DNA of 64,000 bases from Hemiscyllium ocellatum (GCF_020745735.1 NC_083406.1:103641164-103705163), one strand, 5' to 3'. Positions 24,297 to 36,199 are shown, counted from the first letter of the stretch. Made by a program: numbers and translations. Notes: generated by a model not told the origin, from the letters alone.

Positions 24297-24554
24297 CAGA
24301 GTAGAATTTAACTCATTGGCAGTTAATTCTCTGAAAACACGATGTGAATGAATGAACGGAGAAAAGATGAATCCAAAACCATTTGTGAATTATGCAGCAG
24401 AATAATGTTCAACAATGGGATAAGACAGCCAGACTCCCAAATTAAAACTAAAACAAAGAACTGCGGGTGCTAGAAATCTTAAACAAAAACAGAAGGCTCA
24501 ATGGATATTAAATGCACATTAACGTTGCTAACTTTGCTTTCTCTCAACTGAGGA

Positions 24555-24730
24555 GATGGCGAGAACAGCAGATGCTGGAGAGTCAGAGTGGATAAAGAGT
24601 TGAGCTGGAAAAAGCACAGCAGATCAAGCAGCATCAAAGGAGAAGGGGAGTCGACGCTTCTCTCCACAGATGCTGCTCGACCTGCTCAGTTTCTCCAGCG
24701 ATTCCTGTTTCAGAATTTCACATCTATAAG
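24555..24730. mobile_element. Penelope-type mini-element with inverted halves
   Basis: GCTGGAAAAAGCACAGCAGATCAAGCAGCATC faces GATGCTGCTCGACCTGCTCAGTTTCTCCAGC. Confidence 0.55.
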
Positions 24731-24760
24731 GTGCAGCTCCTAACTGCACACCCTGGAGGA

Positions 24761-24985
24761 GATCCTTCTGACCAAATGATCTCCCCAGGACGGATCCTTC
24801 TGACCAAATGATCTCCCCGGGACGGATCCTTCTGACCAGGGGAGGCCCAGTGATCTCCCCGGGACGGATCCTTCTGACCAGGGGAGGCCCAGTGATCTCC
24901 CCGGGACGGATCCTTCTGACCAGGGGAGGCCCAGTGATCTCCCCGGGACGGATCCTTCTGACCAGGGGAGGCCCAGTGATCTCCC
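24761..24985. repeat. 42-bp minisatellite: 4 identical copies plus shorter variants
   Basis: TGATCTCCCCGGGACGGATCCTTCTGACCAGGGGAGGCCCAG starts at 24809, 24851, 24893 and 24935. A 32-bp variant lies at 24777-24808, with partial units at both ends. Confidence 0.98.
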
Positions 24986-25054
24986 TCGGCCTCCCTGACA
25001 ACCCCGTCCGGAAACAGCGTCCGTCCGCCCATTGCCCCAGTGTTCCCATCTTAC

Positions 25055-25200
25055 CTCAGGGCACCACTAACCCAGGCCCCAAGGCTGGTGGTGGAGTTGG
25101 GGGGGGGGTAAGGGGGTGGGGAAGTATAAGGTGCTACCCTTCCCCCCAAACCTTCAGCCGAAATCCGAAAACAAACCCCGACCGTCGCAGGTAACGGCGC
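25055..25200 (-). other. UNC50: Putative non-coding first exon of UNC50 (5' end uncertain)
   Basis: Consensus-like minus-strand donor GAG|GTAAGA at 25055/25054 in the CpG island. The ATG exon begins with an acceptor, so an upstream exon is required. Confidence 0.55.
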
Positions 25201-25642
25201 CGACGTCGCGCTGCCGCGGGGCTGCCTGGGTGTTGTGGTCCTTTGCTAGGCGCATGCGCCACCACGTGGAGCCAGCCGGACGGCGAACGCCTTGGCGCGG
25301 TGCCGCATGGGTGCTGTAGTCTTTCGCGGGCCGGCAAGGGGAACAGATGCGTTAAGGAGGAACTACAAGCCCCAAGGTTCCATGCGGCATTGACTTGGCG
25401 AGTTCCCCGCTGCATTCCCCCCCCCTCCCTCATCCCAGCAGTCAGCGGGCGGGAAGGTGAAAGGTCGTGGTTAGTTGACGTCGACAAGATGTTGTGCCTG
25501 TGTCCCAATGTAGTGGGGAAGGGGATGTTCTGGTGATCGGAGAGCGGGGCGCGACATTTGTACAGGATTAGGGACTCTGTGGGCGGGCGAACGAACCAGC
25601 GAGGGAGGCTCGTCCTTGTGTTGACTTCCCGGCGGCCCAGTG

Positions 25643-25744
25643 ATGCCGAAGTATTATGAGGAGAAGGAGGAGGACGGCAGAGCGTGTGCCGGGGTCAGGG
25701 AGGACCTGAGGAGCTGCTTACTGGAACATGACTGTGTGCTGAAG
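25643..25744 (+). CDS. COA5: COA5 (cytochrome c oxidase assembly factor 5, Pet191 family) exon 1
   Basis: MPKYYEEKEEDGRACAGVREDLRSCLLEHDCVLK with a CX9C motif; donor AAG|GTGCGG. Confidence 0.96.
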
Positions 25745-25940
25745 GTGCGGAACGACACCCAAACCTTCAACACTTTCTGTTTTTTCCTGCTCCTCGGATG
25801 CCGATGGTTTCTCTATCGTTCTAAGGATGGCAGGAAATTTACCGTAACACTTATATGGCACTGAGTGTAAGGCTGTACAACTGAGGTTGATAATATGTTA
25901 GAATAATTTCTTAAATTATAATGTGATAAGAATCACATTG

Positions 25941-26240
25941 GGTGGCACAGTGGTTAGCACTGCTGCCTCACAGCGCCAGAGACCCGGGTTCAATTCACAC
26001 CTCAGGCGACTGACTGTGTGGAGTTTACACGTTCTCCCCGTGTCTGCGTGGGTTTCCCCCTGGTGCTCTGGTTTCCTCCCACAGTCCAAAAATTTGCAGG
26101 TTAGGAGAATTGGCCATGCTAAATTGTCCGTAGTGTTAGGTAACGGGTAAATTTAGGAGAATGGGGTCTGGGTGGGTTGCGCTTCGGCGGGTCAGTGTGG
26201 ACTTGTTGGGCTAAAGGGCCTGTTTCCATACAGTAACTAA
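25941..26240 (+). mobile_element. HE1-like V-SINE in COA5 intron 1
   Basis: Head, V-domain and 3' tail as in the other copies. Confidence 0.92.
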
Positions 26241-26683
26241 ATTTGCCTGAACACAGGTGAAAAGGTATGTGGCCTTTTTGGTTTTGTAATTGAAGTCGTG
26301 GAATACAAAAAATAGAAGCAGTGCAAAAGCAAATGACTAGCTGTGCTGACAATATTCAGTAGGTAACTGTGCTGAATTATTCCTATGACATTATTCAGTT
26401 CTGGACATCGCATATTTTCTGACGACTTTACACCAGGGACCTGGAGCTTTGTTACATAACCCCTTTCTGTGCCCCATCCATTGTATGATTCAATGGAGCA
26501 AAGCAAGACTTCCTGAGTGCAAACTGTGAGCAATTTTGTTGGTACACCTTTGGAAGCAATACCCAGCTAAATTACTCCCAAAATGCCAATAGTCAGTGGA
26601 CTAGCTCTCTTCATGTCTTATTTAGCAAACAGACAAATCTAATCCAATACACCTAAATTTTAATTCCTTTGTATTTCAAGTAG

Positions 26684-26767
26684 GAAGGAAAGACACCAAA
26701 ACAGTGCCTAAAAGAAGGACATTGCACGGCATTACAACGTACTTTCTTTGAATGTAAAAGGTCAATG
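26684..26767 (+). CDS. COA5: COA5 exon 2
   Basis: tag|EGKTPKQCLKEGHCTALQRTFFECKRSM|gtatgt; second CX9C motif; phase 0 at both ends. Confidence 0.96.
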
Positions 26768-27973
26768 GTATGTATCAATCTTAAATAGCCATTTTTAGGG
26801 TTTTTTAAATCCATGACCATATTACGGCATCATTTTTGGAGGATTTCACAAAATTTCAAAGCACCTTCTTACAAGTTTTGAGTTGAGAGTTTAGTGATAG
26901 CCAATCTTCCAACTCTCTTGGATCTCATATAGCATGTTGATGCTTTTCATTTGGTGACTGTTGCCCACAAAATTATGTTGGTAATTCTGACATTGTAGCC
27001 CATGACAGATATTGAGGAATGACTTCAAAATAAACTCAGTGTTGGCCATTATTACCCCTCTGAAACTAGTTGTATCTTCAGGATTTAGCATGTGGCAGGT
27101 AAATTCCGGAAATGCTGAAGGTGATGGTCTGTTATTGTCAGCTTCACTATAGGCTGAATTGCCAGTCTCCCCCAACTACATAATGTGGTCACTCATAATG
27201 TGAAGATTTCCCTTCGCTCTAGCAAAGTTATTAGAAACCTATAACAGGTGTAGCCAAGTTTTTAACAGTGCATGAGTAGTAATTATTATTGGTCAATTGA
27301 CCTGGGCTTGAAAAATAATTCTGTGTATGGATCATTACTAATAACTAGATATTTTTAAAAATTTCAAGATATTTTAGCTTCTTTCTCTACGTGTTATTTG
27401 TTTCTCGATCTTTATTTATCCCTTTAATTGATTTTCCTGCTACACTTGGTCACATGTTTTTCGGATTTTTAATGTGATTGTACGTTTTTACAGCCTGATC
27501 ACATTACTGTAGCACCCTAATCATGATCCCCATTACAGACTGCTACAATCTGCTGCATGGCAGGAAAGTCAAAGTGCTTGTCTCAGACATTGTTGCTTTT
27601 CTTAGCAGCACTTTATTTTGAGGCACTTGCTTTGCCGCTCACTGCGAATTCCAGATTTATGACTTGGCATGGTTTTGAAAAGTGTGAGACAGAATGGGAT
27701 TGATAAGGAAATGATAACTCAGGATAGTGCAGATATGTTCAATAAGAGTGTTGATCTTCAGGATACTGTCTCAAAATATAAAAGGCTTATTCTATTGGTA
27801 CCTTTTTCAATTTATAGTGCAAAAACAAGTTGGGAATTTGGAAGAAACTAATGGAGTATAATGTTTCATCATACATGAAAGATATGACTGTACTAACACC
27901 TAATTTGTCCCAGTAGCTGCTTCAGCATTATAACATTGCACTTTATTAATGTCCAATTAATTTTGTTTTAAAG

Positions 27974-28015
27974 CTGGATAACAGAACTCGGTTCAGAGGA
28001 AGAAAAGGATATTAG
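27974..28015 (+). CDS. COA5: COA5 exon 3 (last)
   Basis: ttttaaag|LDNRTRFRGRKGY*; total protein 75 aa. Confidence 0.96.
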   Translation: MDNRTRFRGRKGY

Positions 28016-28089
28016 CGATTCAAATGCAATAGAGGAATACTTCAAAATTTAAGTGCATTGATGGCTTCAAATCAACATTTTGAATAATG

Positions 28090-28095
28090 AATAAA
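28090..28095 (+). terminator. Candidate COA5 polyadenylation signal
   Basis: AATAAA about 75 nt after the stop codon, with U/GU-rich sequence downstream. Confidence 0.6.
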
Positions 28096-28659
28096 ATAGT
28101 TCTCATTTGATTTAGAAAATCACTTCTCAATGTTTGTTCTTTTTGTATGAGAATTTAGTAAGGGGATCATTTTTAAGTACAACTGTTTGGATTATTTGGC
28201 TTCTGGAATGGCTTTAAGATTAAGAGGGAGAAAAATGATCCAGGTGTCTTTGCCATAAATTTCAGCAGTTGTCAGTTTCCTACATTAAACATAAAGCTGC
28301 TTATATTACAGGGAGAGGTATAATCACTGAAGAGCTTTAAGAAATTGGAATAAGACAATTTTGGGGTACTTTCCTGTATTGTGTGTAGGATAAAGTAAAT
28401 GGAATGAAGCAAAAAACTTGTGGAGAAGGGCCATTGGGCTCAACATTAACTCCCCTGCTTTCCCCCCCCCCACAAAACTAATGGATTTTGCTGATATTCT
28501 AAAGCCAGAAAAGAATTCTAGGTAGATTGGGAATGAGAATGTATCTCAACATAGTATTTGCAATGTATCATTTTGCAATTAAAATAACTACAATCTTGAT
28601 GAGTGTCATAGTTAAGTACTTTAGAATGTGTCACTTGTTATGTGTGAAAATAAATCAGT

Positions 28660-28840
28660 AAGGAGACTGGTACAATTGCAATATTTAAGAGACATTTGGA
28701 TGGGTATATGAATAGGAAGGGTTGGAGGGATATGGGCGGGGTGCTGGCAGGAGGGACTAGATTAGGTTGGGATATCTGGTCAGCATAGACTGATTGGACC
28801 GAAGGGTCTGTTTCTGTGCTGTACACCTCTATGACTCTAA
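28660..28840 (+). mobile_element. CR1 (HER1-like) extreme 3' end
   Basis: TTTAAGAGACATTTGGATGGGTATATG...GGACCGAAGGGTCTGTTTCTGTGCTGTAC..CTATGACTCTA. Confidence 0.85.
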
Positions 28841-29109
28841 GTGGCACACGGCAAGGCTCATGAAAAAACACGTGAACTAAATGGCTAGTTCGCTTTTTAA
28901 TTTGACTGCCCTATGGGTTTGATTGTTGACCGCTTTTTAAAATAATGATATAGGATCATTTATGATTATTTGAACAGACAAGATTTTTATGAATACATTA
29001 CTAGAAGCTTAACAATGTAGTAAATGGAGCTTAAACATACACCTTACATACATCCAGCAATATCCAGTTGACATCACGAACTCACCACAGAAATATCTAC
29101 AGCAATAAT

Positions 29110-29410
29110 GTTATTCCAAGGTTTGAGTGCCTGGAACATGTTGCCAGAGGATGTGATGAAGGCAGACCCAATATCAGCATTCTAGATTAGACTGGTGCTG
29201 GAAAAGCACAACAGTTCAGGCAGCATCCGAGGAGCAGGAAAATCGACGTTTAGGGCAAAAGAAGCACCTGGACGAATACATGAATAGGAAGGGGATGGAG
29301 GGATACAGATCCTGTAAGTGAAGACAGTTTTACTACGGAAGGACAAAATGTGTTAATGCAGGCTTGGAGGGCTGAAGGGAAGTTCCTGGGCTGTATTGTT
29401 CTGTATAGCT
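29110..29410 (+). mobile_element. CR1 3' end interrupted by a Penelope-type fragment (about 29185-29260)
   Basis: The CR1 ...AGCATTC|AAGCACCTGGAC junction is split by GTGCTGGAAAAGCAC...TCGACGTTTAGGGC. Confidence 0.7.
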
Positions 29411-29459
29411 AAGTGCCTTAATTTTAATAGAAATGCCTTGCAAACAATAGGTCACATAT

Positions 29460-29731
29460 TAGATTACAGAAACAGGCCCTTTGGCCCAAGAACTCCACAC
29501 CGACCCACCGAAGCACAACCCACCCAGACCCATTCTCCTACATTTACCCCTTCACCTAACACTTCAGGCAATTTAGCCTGGCCAATTCACCTAACCTGCA
29601 CATTTTTGGACTGTGGGAGGAAACCCACACAGACACAGGGAGAATGTGCAAACTCTACACAGTTGCCTGAGGCAGGAATTGAACTCGGGTCTCTGGCGCT
29701 GTGAGGCAACAGTGCTAGCCACCGTGCCGCG
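29460..29731 (-). mobile_element. HE1-like V-SINE with TSD
   Basis: TSD CACATAT at 29453-29459 and 29732-29738; V-domain present. Confidence 0.92.
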
Positions 29732-29869
29732 CACATATCTTCACATGCCTATTTAAAAGTTTGCCAAAATTCAATCTGATCCATTACAGCCTTTCCTGTT
29801 CAGCGAAATTTGGGATTGTGAAATGGATTTCTATATCCTTCAATCCATTAAACTTGCTGTGGCATGAGA

Positions 29870-31650
29870 CCATACTCATATCATCCACATCAATGCGTCC
29901 TTCCTTCCCCCCCCCCCATTATTCCCATGTTCTTTAATATAAATGGTATTTAGAAGTCTGTCAATTTCTATTTTAAACAGACTCAAATGACTGAGCCCCT
30001 GCAGCCTTTTGGGTAAGAGAATTTCAACAATTCACAAACCTCCGAGTTAAACGTTCTCTTCGCCTCAGTTTTGAGTAGCCAAATCCTTCTCTGATATTGT
30101 GTTCACCTGACTATTCCTTTAGGTATTTTGTAGGTTTCAATTAAATCGCCCCTTTAGAGAACACAGACCAGGCTTTGCCAATATCTCTTCGTAAGCCCTG
30201 CCATTCTGTGAACATGTCTGGTGAATTTTCATTGCATTCCTTCAATAACAATAATAGCCTTCCTTAGCTAAGGGGACCAAATCTACTCGCTAATCCAGGT
30301 GCTGTCTGTCTGGTATTTTATACAACTAAAGTAATATTTTACCATTCCTGTACTCTCATTATCTTGTGATGAATACTTAACATAATATTAGCTACCTGTA
30401 TTGCTTGCTGCACCTGTATGTTAGGCTTCTTTGATTTATTAATAAGGATGCTCAGGTCACTGAATATTTACCCTGTTCTCTTACTATTTAAGACTTTGTA
30501 CATCTGATCTTCCTACCAAAAGCACACCATTTTTCTACATTACATTCCTCTGCCATGTTCTTGCTCACTCACTCAGTCCAAATTTTTTTGAAACTCCCAT
30601 TTCCACCTAGCTTTGTGTCATCTGCAAACTTGGAAAATATTACATTGGTTTCTATCTCCAATTCATTGATGTGTTTTGAACATTTGAGCCCCCATGTCTG
30701 GATCCTTGTGGTACCTTGCTCGTTGCAGCCTATCAATGTGAGAATGTTTATTCTTACTGTTTTCTGCCTTTTCTCCCTAACCCATGCCAGTATAATACCT
30801 CAACACATGCTTTAATTTTGCTAAACCATCTTCTGTGGGGCCCTTTATCAAATTCTACAAGTTAAAGTATACTTTTTCCACTAACTACTCTTCACTAAAC
30901 CCTGTGAATTCTGTTGATATCCTCAAAGGTGCCCATTTTGTCCAACATGATTTCCCCTTCACTCATCCATGCTGACTATACAAATTAGATCATTATTACA
31001 AATGTCATTTATCATGTCCTTCATAATATATTCTAGCATTTTTCCTACAATTACTGTAAGACTGACAGGTCTGTAATTCCACATTTTCTCTCTCCCTTCT
31101 AAAAACTTTATCTTTCAATTTGCAGGTAGCTCTCACAACCTATAGCATTTTGGAAGATGATCACCAATACACTCACTATTTCCACAGCTACCTCTTTCAA
31201 TATATTGTGTTGTGGAATATTAGACCACTTACCAACTTCAATACCATTCATCCACTCAACCTTCACAGACATACTAAATTCCTTATATTTTGCATTTTCC
31301 CAGGTTCTTTAAATCTCTAATTCTGGGAGATAACTTGTATCTTCCTCAGTGAAGATACTAAGTAATGATTTGGTTTCTCTGCCATATCTGTATTCTCCAT
31401 TATAAATTCTTCTAACCCTGCTTGTTTGTCTGTCTTAGCCAGATGTTTCTTTTTCATGCATGAATAGAAACTTTTATACTTCATTCAATGTCTTTTGCTG
31501 GCTTACATTCATACTCTGTTCCCTTTATTAGTTTCTTGGTCCTCCTTTGTTATATTCTAAAGTCCTTCAACTACTTCGGTTTGTTGCTATTTCTATTACT
31601 TTATAGGCCTCCTCTTAATCTTATGCAGGTTTTAACTTTTTATTTGTCCT
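29870..31650 (-). mobile_element. Old decayed CR1 ORF2
   Basis: Reverse-strand KFADD (TCATCTGCAAACTT at about 30618) and other RT remnants. Confidence 0.7.
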
Positions 31651-32269
31651 GAATTTATGGACCACTGCATTGCAGTGTTATCACATCAGAACCACCGCAT
31701 GCTCTGCATGCAAAACAGCTGGAACTGTTCATTATGCCTGTTTTTCTTTCATGTCTAGCTAATTGGAATGGCCATTCCTTTCTCAATAAAATGATGCTGA
31801 AGCCTCATTTGTGTTAGCACATTAAAATCATGTGCCTAATAACTTTTTTATTTGCCATGACTGAATTGCCAATTAGCCACATGTGACACTGGCTAATGTC
31901 TATCGGCACCATAAGTACAAAAGTTCCATAAATCCTTTGGTTGTGTTGAGGCTTTGATAGCATCCAGGAAATGATACACTGAAATACATTAAACAAAATA
32001 AGAATGCTTATGTAAGAAGCATATGACAAGAGTAAGTCTGTGTCTGCAAGCAGTGAGACCTGATTAACAATCCAGCTTGAGTTAATACGTGGTAAGTGTC
32101 ATTCACACCATAATTGCCAGACAATGACCAATAAAATGTCACTCCTTAATGGTCAACAGTATTATCATTACTGAATTCCCTGCCATCAACATTCTGGGGT
32201 TGTTATTGACTAGGAATTTAGTTGACCAGGTACAAGAAAAAAGTCCAGGTATTCTGTGACAAATTAGGG

Positions 32270-32730
32270 GTAGGGCAATAGTGTAATGGTATTGCCACTA
32301 AACTAGTAAGCCAGATACCTAGGTAGTGCTTGGAGAACCCAGGTTCCGGCCCCTCCATGGCAGTTAGTGGAATTTGAAGTCATCGAAGTCTGGAATTAAG
32401 TATCTAATGTTACCAATGTAACCCCTATCAATTGTCAATTTTTTAAAAAAATCCATCTTGTTCACTAATGTTCTTTAGGAAAGGATTACTGCCACCCTTA
32501 CTTGGTTTGACCTTAGTTGGCTTTTACTTACCTTGTGAAATGGCCCACCAAATCATTCAGTTGTATCAGCTACTAATAAAGATCCAAGAAAGGAATGAAA
32601 CTGAATGCACCACCTGGCCTTGTCTAAGACACTGGAAATCACAGCAGCAAACTCAGCTCTGTCAACCCTGTAAATTCCTCCTGACCAATACCTCGGGACT
32701 TGTGCCAAAACTGGGAGAGCAATACTAGTC
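32270..32730 (+). mobile_element. tRNA-like head running into the start of a LINE endonuclease
   Basis: A-box-like TAGTGTAATGG and degenerate B-box. ORF 32468..32728 ends KFLLTNTSGLVPKLGE, resembling APE motif I. Confidence 0.55.
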
Positions 32731-33099
32731 TAGTGATAATACCGCTATGCCAACATCTCCCCTATCGCTAATCTTATTTATTTTATGCCAATTTGTTTTT
32801 GGCTTAAGTAGCATTTACATCACATTTCCATTGGCCAGGGCTAATCCTGTGTTGGAGAGGCCTGGAAAATTTCTGTTAGTGTCTCTGCTATTTGAATTAG
32901 GTTTATTGTTGAATGTACTCACATGGAGTACAGTGGAAAGTTTACAAGTCACCAGTTATGGCATCATTTTAGTACAAAGGTACCTAGATATGGAACATTG
33001 GTCCGAAGCAGAAAAATAAAACAAAGTTAAAACGTTTAGCATTACAATCCTTCTTTGTAAAAAGTAGAAAAACAAAGAAACACAGTTAACAATCCAACA

Positions 33100-34150
33100 T
33101 CACAGTCTGCTCTGTTCTATTTCCTCCCCACTATTTGGAGATCTATAATAAATACCCAACAAGTCACCACTCCCTTCCTGTTTCTCACCAACCATGTAGA
33201 TTCTAATTCAGAAACTGCATCTCGTTCAAGGGTTACCTTTGACTAAGACTGCTACATCTCCTTCCTTTTTACCACCCCCAACTCCACTACACTATCTTTC
33301 AGCCCGGAGATTCATTCCATTTCTGCTCAAATGAAGCCCATCTTTTCTGAATAGCTTTTCCCAAAAGTGTTCCTAATATCTCAAAAATCTAAACGCCTCC
33401 CTTCTACATGATCCCTTACGCCATGTATTTACCTCCCTGACCTGCCTTTGGCCAAATGGTGAAGGTCTGAGATTACTACCATGTAGGTCATATGTTTCAG
33501 TCAATTCCCTAACTCCTGAAACTGATCCTGACACATCTCCAAGCTGTCCCTCCCAATGAACCACAACCACTGGATGTTCACCCTCCCTTTCCAGAAGTTA
33601 ATCCAACTGTCCTGTTATGTTGAACCTTTGCACCCAGGAGGCATCAGACCACATGTGACTCATAATCCTGGCTGCAAACTAGACTGTCTTTCCCTCAAAC
33701 TACAGAGTCACCTTTCTAATCTGCCTACTAGCTTCTTGCTGTTTTCCCAGACTAGCCTTGGGCACCATGATATTGTGGTGTTCCCTGGAGTCAATAGCCC
33801 TGACTCAATTGTATTGCTCAGTAAATAGGCATCTAAAATCTCATACCTGTTAGACAGCTTCAAGAAGTCCTGGATTTCCCCAACCATCTGTCTTCTTCTC
33901 CTTTTCGGCAAATAGTCACCTATTCTCCTGTCATCTCTACCCCTCTCCCTGCCTGCCTAACACAATGTGGAGTGACTACCATCTGGTCCAACTGTTCCAG
34001 AAACCTCTCCTTGTGTAGCACACAATGAAGAGACACTGCTCCGAATCAGTCTATGTTGTTCAAGGGCCGGTCCTGTCTAGCACTTTGTGCAAATGTGACT
34101 GCCCTGGTTGTCTTGTGGATCCAAACCCCCTCACATTTTAAACACTGCAC
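33100..34150 (-). mobile_element. Decayed CR1 5' region (ORF1 zinc-finger/esterase and start of EN)
   Basis: HICTKC at about 34081-34098, LSNRYEIL, CLLGAKV, PVVVVH and VNTWRKGSCRREAFRFL remnants. Confidence 0.65.
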
Positions 34151-34354
34151 ATATTACAAGATTTTCCAGAGTCCTGTCCTTTGAAACCAGGTCCTCTGTG
34201 ATCCCCATCTCAGTTGTGGTGAGCAAGCCATCTTCTCCAAAATCCTCCTCAGTCACTTCTCACTGCCACTCACTGTTGGATGCTCTTCTTCCTGTTGAGA
34301 ATCGGGTCATCTGTCATCCCCTCATTGGCATTTGTTTTTGACAATCAAAGTTGA

Positions 34355-34500
34355 GCTGTGATTTGGAGATGCTGGTGTTGGCTGTACAAAGTTAAAAATC
34401 ACACAACACCAGGTTATAGTCCAACAGGTTTAATTGGAAGCACTAGCTTTCGGAGCGCCGCTCCTTGAAGGACTATAACCTGGTGTTGTGTGATTTTAAA
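34355..34500. mobile_element. Penelope-type fragment with a perfect 28-bp inverted repeat
   Basis: AAAATCACACAACACCAGGTTATAGTCC (34395-34422) and its reverse complement (34470-34497). The spacer holds a hammerhead 3' half, GGAGC-GGC-GCTCC-GAAAGCTA (-). Confidence 0.7.
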
Positions 34501-36199
34501 AGTTGAGTTATTTCCACTCCTCTGCTTAGATATTAACCACTTTAGCCAGAAGAGGGCAGTAAATATGCAATTTATAACAAAAGCAGTCCTTTGCAGGTGA
34601 ACATTTAAATGGTCAGCAGAACAGATCCTTCCATGAATATTAATGTAATTACAATGATGCAGTACAGACGAGGATCAAGCCTGTGATGAAATAATGCTGC
34701 AGAATATTGAAGTTTTCTATAAGGGAGCATCAACATCTCAGTGGCCCTCATTGCAGCTGTGTAAGGAAAATACACAGCAATTAACGTCAGTAAGAAAGTA
34801 AAGAATGCAAGGAACAACAATATGGTACTCTAACTGTGCTATCGTTTTGCTATGAAGTATGTTAAATCTGCATCCTTTTCACCAATATAACAGCACAGGG
34901 TTGCATCCTAAGGTCAGTGAAAAAAAGAGAGTATTATTTATTTAATAGTCAATTAAGAGAAGATAGTTGTGGAGAAGGGAGAAACACAAGTCCAATGGGG
35001 AAAGAACCTTAATCCTGAGGCCTAGATCTGTGCAGTCTGCAAAGTTTATCACGTAAATCTGTTCTCTGTCAGGTATTTTATAGTTAGGCTGGTAATAGAG
35101 CATTTATAAAAGGTGTGGCATTCTACTTTAAAAATGGTTGGGTAGTGTAATTGTTCTACATTTCTTCAATGTCAGGAAATGTAGATTTATCTAATGACTG
35201 AAAAAATCAGTTTTGTTGGAATGATATTTTCCATTATAAATATGTTTTCAGTAGTAAAGATTTCTTAAAATATTAATTTACAAGTTATTAATTGTAAAGT
35301 TACTTAATCAATTACATTGGCTGAATATTGTGGTTTATTACATATATATATATCATTTTAATTAAGTTATTGGATCACATAAACTTCTTGAGAAGCCAAA
35401 TTAATGGGTTTTGCAACATGGTACACTACAGTTAAAAAAAGACTGGCTAAATAATACTCTAGAGTCTTGTTTCAGGCTACAGCAATGAAAAAAACTGTGT
35501 GAAAATAATGATTTAAAAGGAAATAAAATACTACTGGGTAGCACAATGAAAGGTATGTCATTTATAGTTTTAATAGTTTTAGAGTTTGGATTTCAACCAG
35601 TGACCTATGAGTGTTGGGCACATTTTTGAAGAATTTGGAAAAAAATCATCAGAGAGAGCCCTTGCCAGAACAATGACCTAATTCAGTATGTGTCAGAAAG
35701 CAGGGATGTCCAGAGTGCTAATGAAAGATTATTAGTACTTGGATTTTGACAGTGTATGTAAAATTGAGGGTCATTAGTCTGTTTTTGGTTCAGGAAAATC
35801 AAGGAAACAGCTAAAGAAATCCAGAGATTAGAGTTTTTGAACAGGTTTTGGAGAATGTGTAATTAGGATCAAAAACATACTATAGTTTTGTTCCTACAAA
35901 GAAGTGTCGGAGAGTCCAGGGAGCTCAATTACCTTGGTGTAAAAGCTTAGTTTGTGTGAATTCCAGATCAGGAGTGTTTAGTTCAAAATCTGCAGGTTAT
36001 AGAAAGTTGCAGAAGCCTAAGCTCTTAGTTTTGTGAGTGTTCATGTAAGAAGACTTTATACTTAAGCGAACCAGTTCAGTTGAACTTAAAAATTTGAGAT
36101 ATGGGGTAATCTTTCTAGAATTGAATTTCTGTGAAATGATGGTGTTTGGAAGTAGATCGAAGATATTTAAGATTTTTCTAAACTAATTTCTGTACTTCT

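Larger units (their letters stand above)
24990..25760. promoter_or_regulatory. CpG-island bidirectional promoter shared by UNC50 and COA5
   Basis: CpG-dense region between divergent genes. NRF1 palindrome GGCGCATGCGCC at 25249-25260, E-box CACGTG at 25263-25268, opposed ZNF143/THAP11-type ACTACA..CCCA motifs at 25305-25320 (-) and 25362-25374 (+), and GC boxes. Confidence 0.88.

Noticed and set aside
24761-24985. CRISPR-like array, or a repeat protein from ORFs 24624..25049, 24724..25032 and 24808..25194
   Set aside because: Units are contiguous with no unique spacers. The ORFs are open in several frames only because the unit is 42 bp and mostly stop-free, and the context is eukaryotic.
25745-25864. 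COA5 as a single-exon 74-aa ORF (25640..25864)
   Set aside because: Similarity stops at the donor at 25745; the real C-terminus is in the exons at 26684 and 27974.
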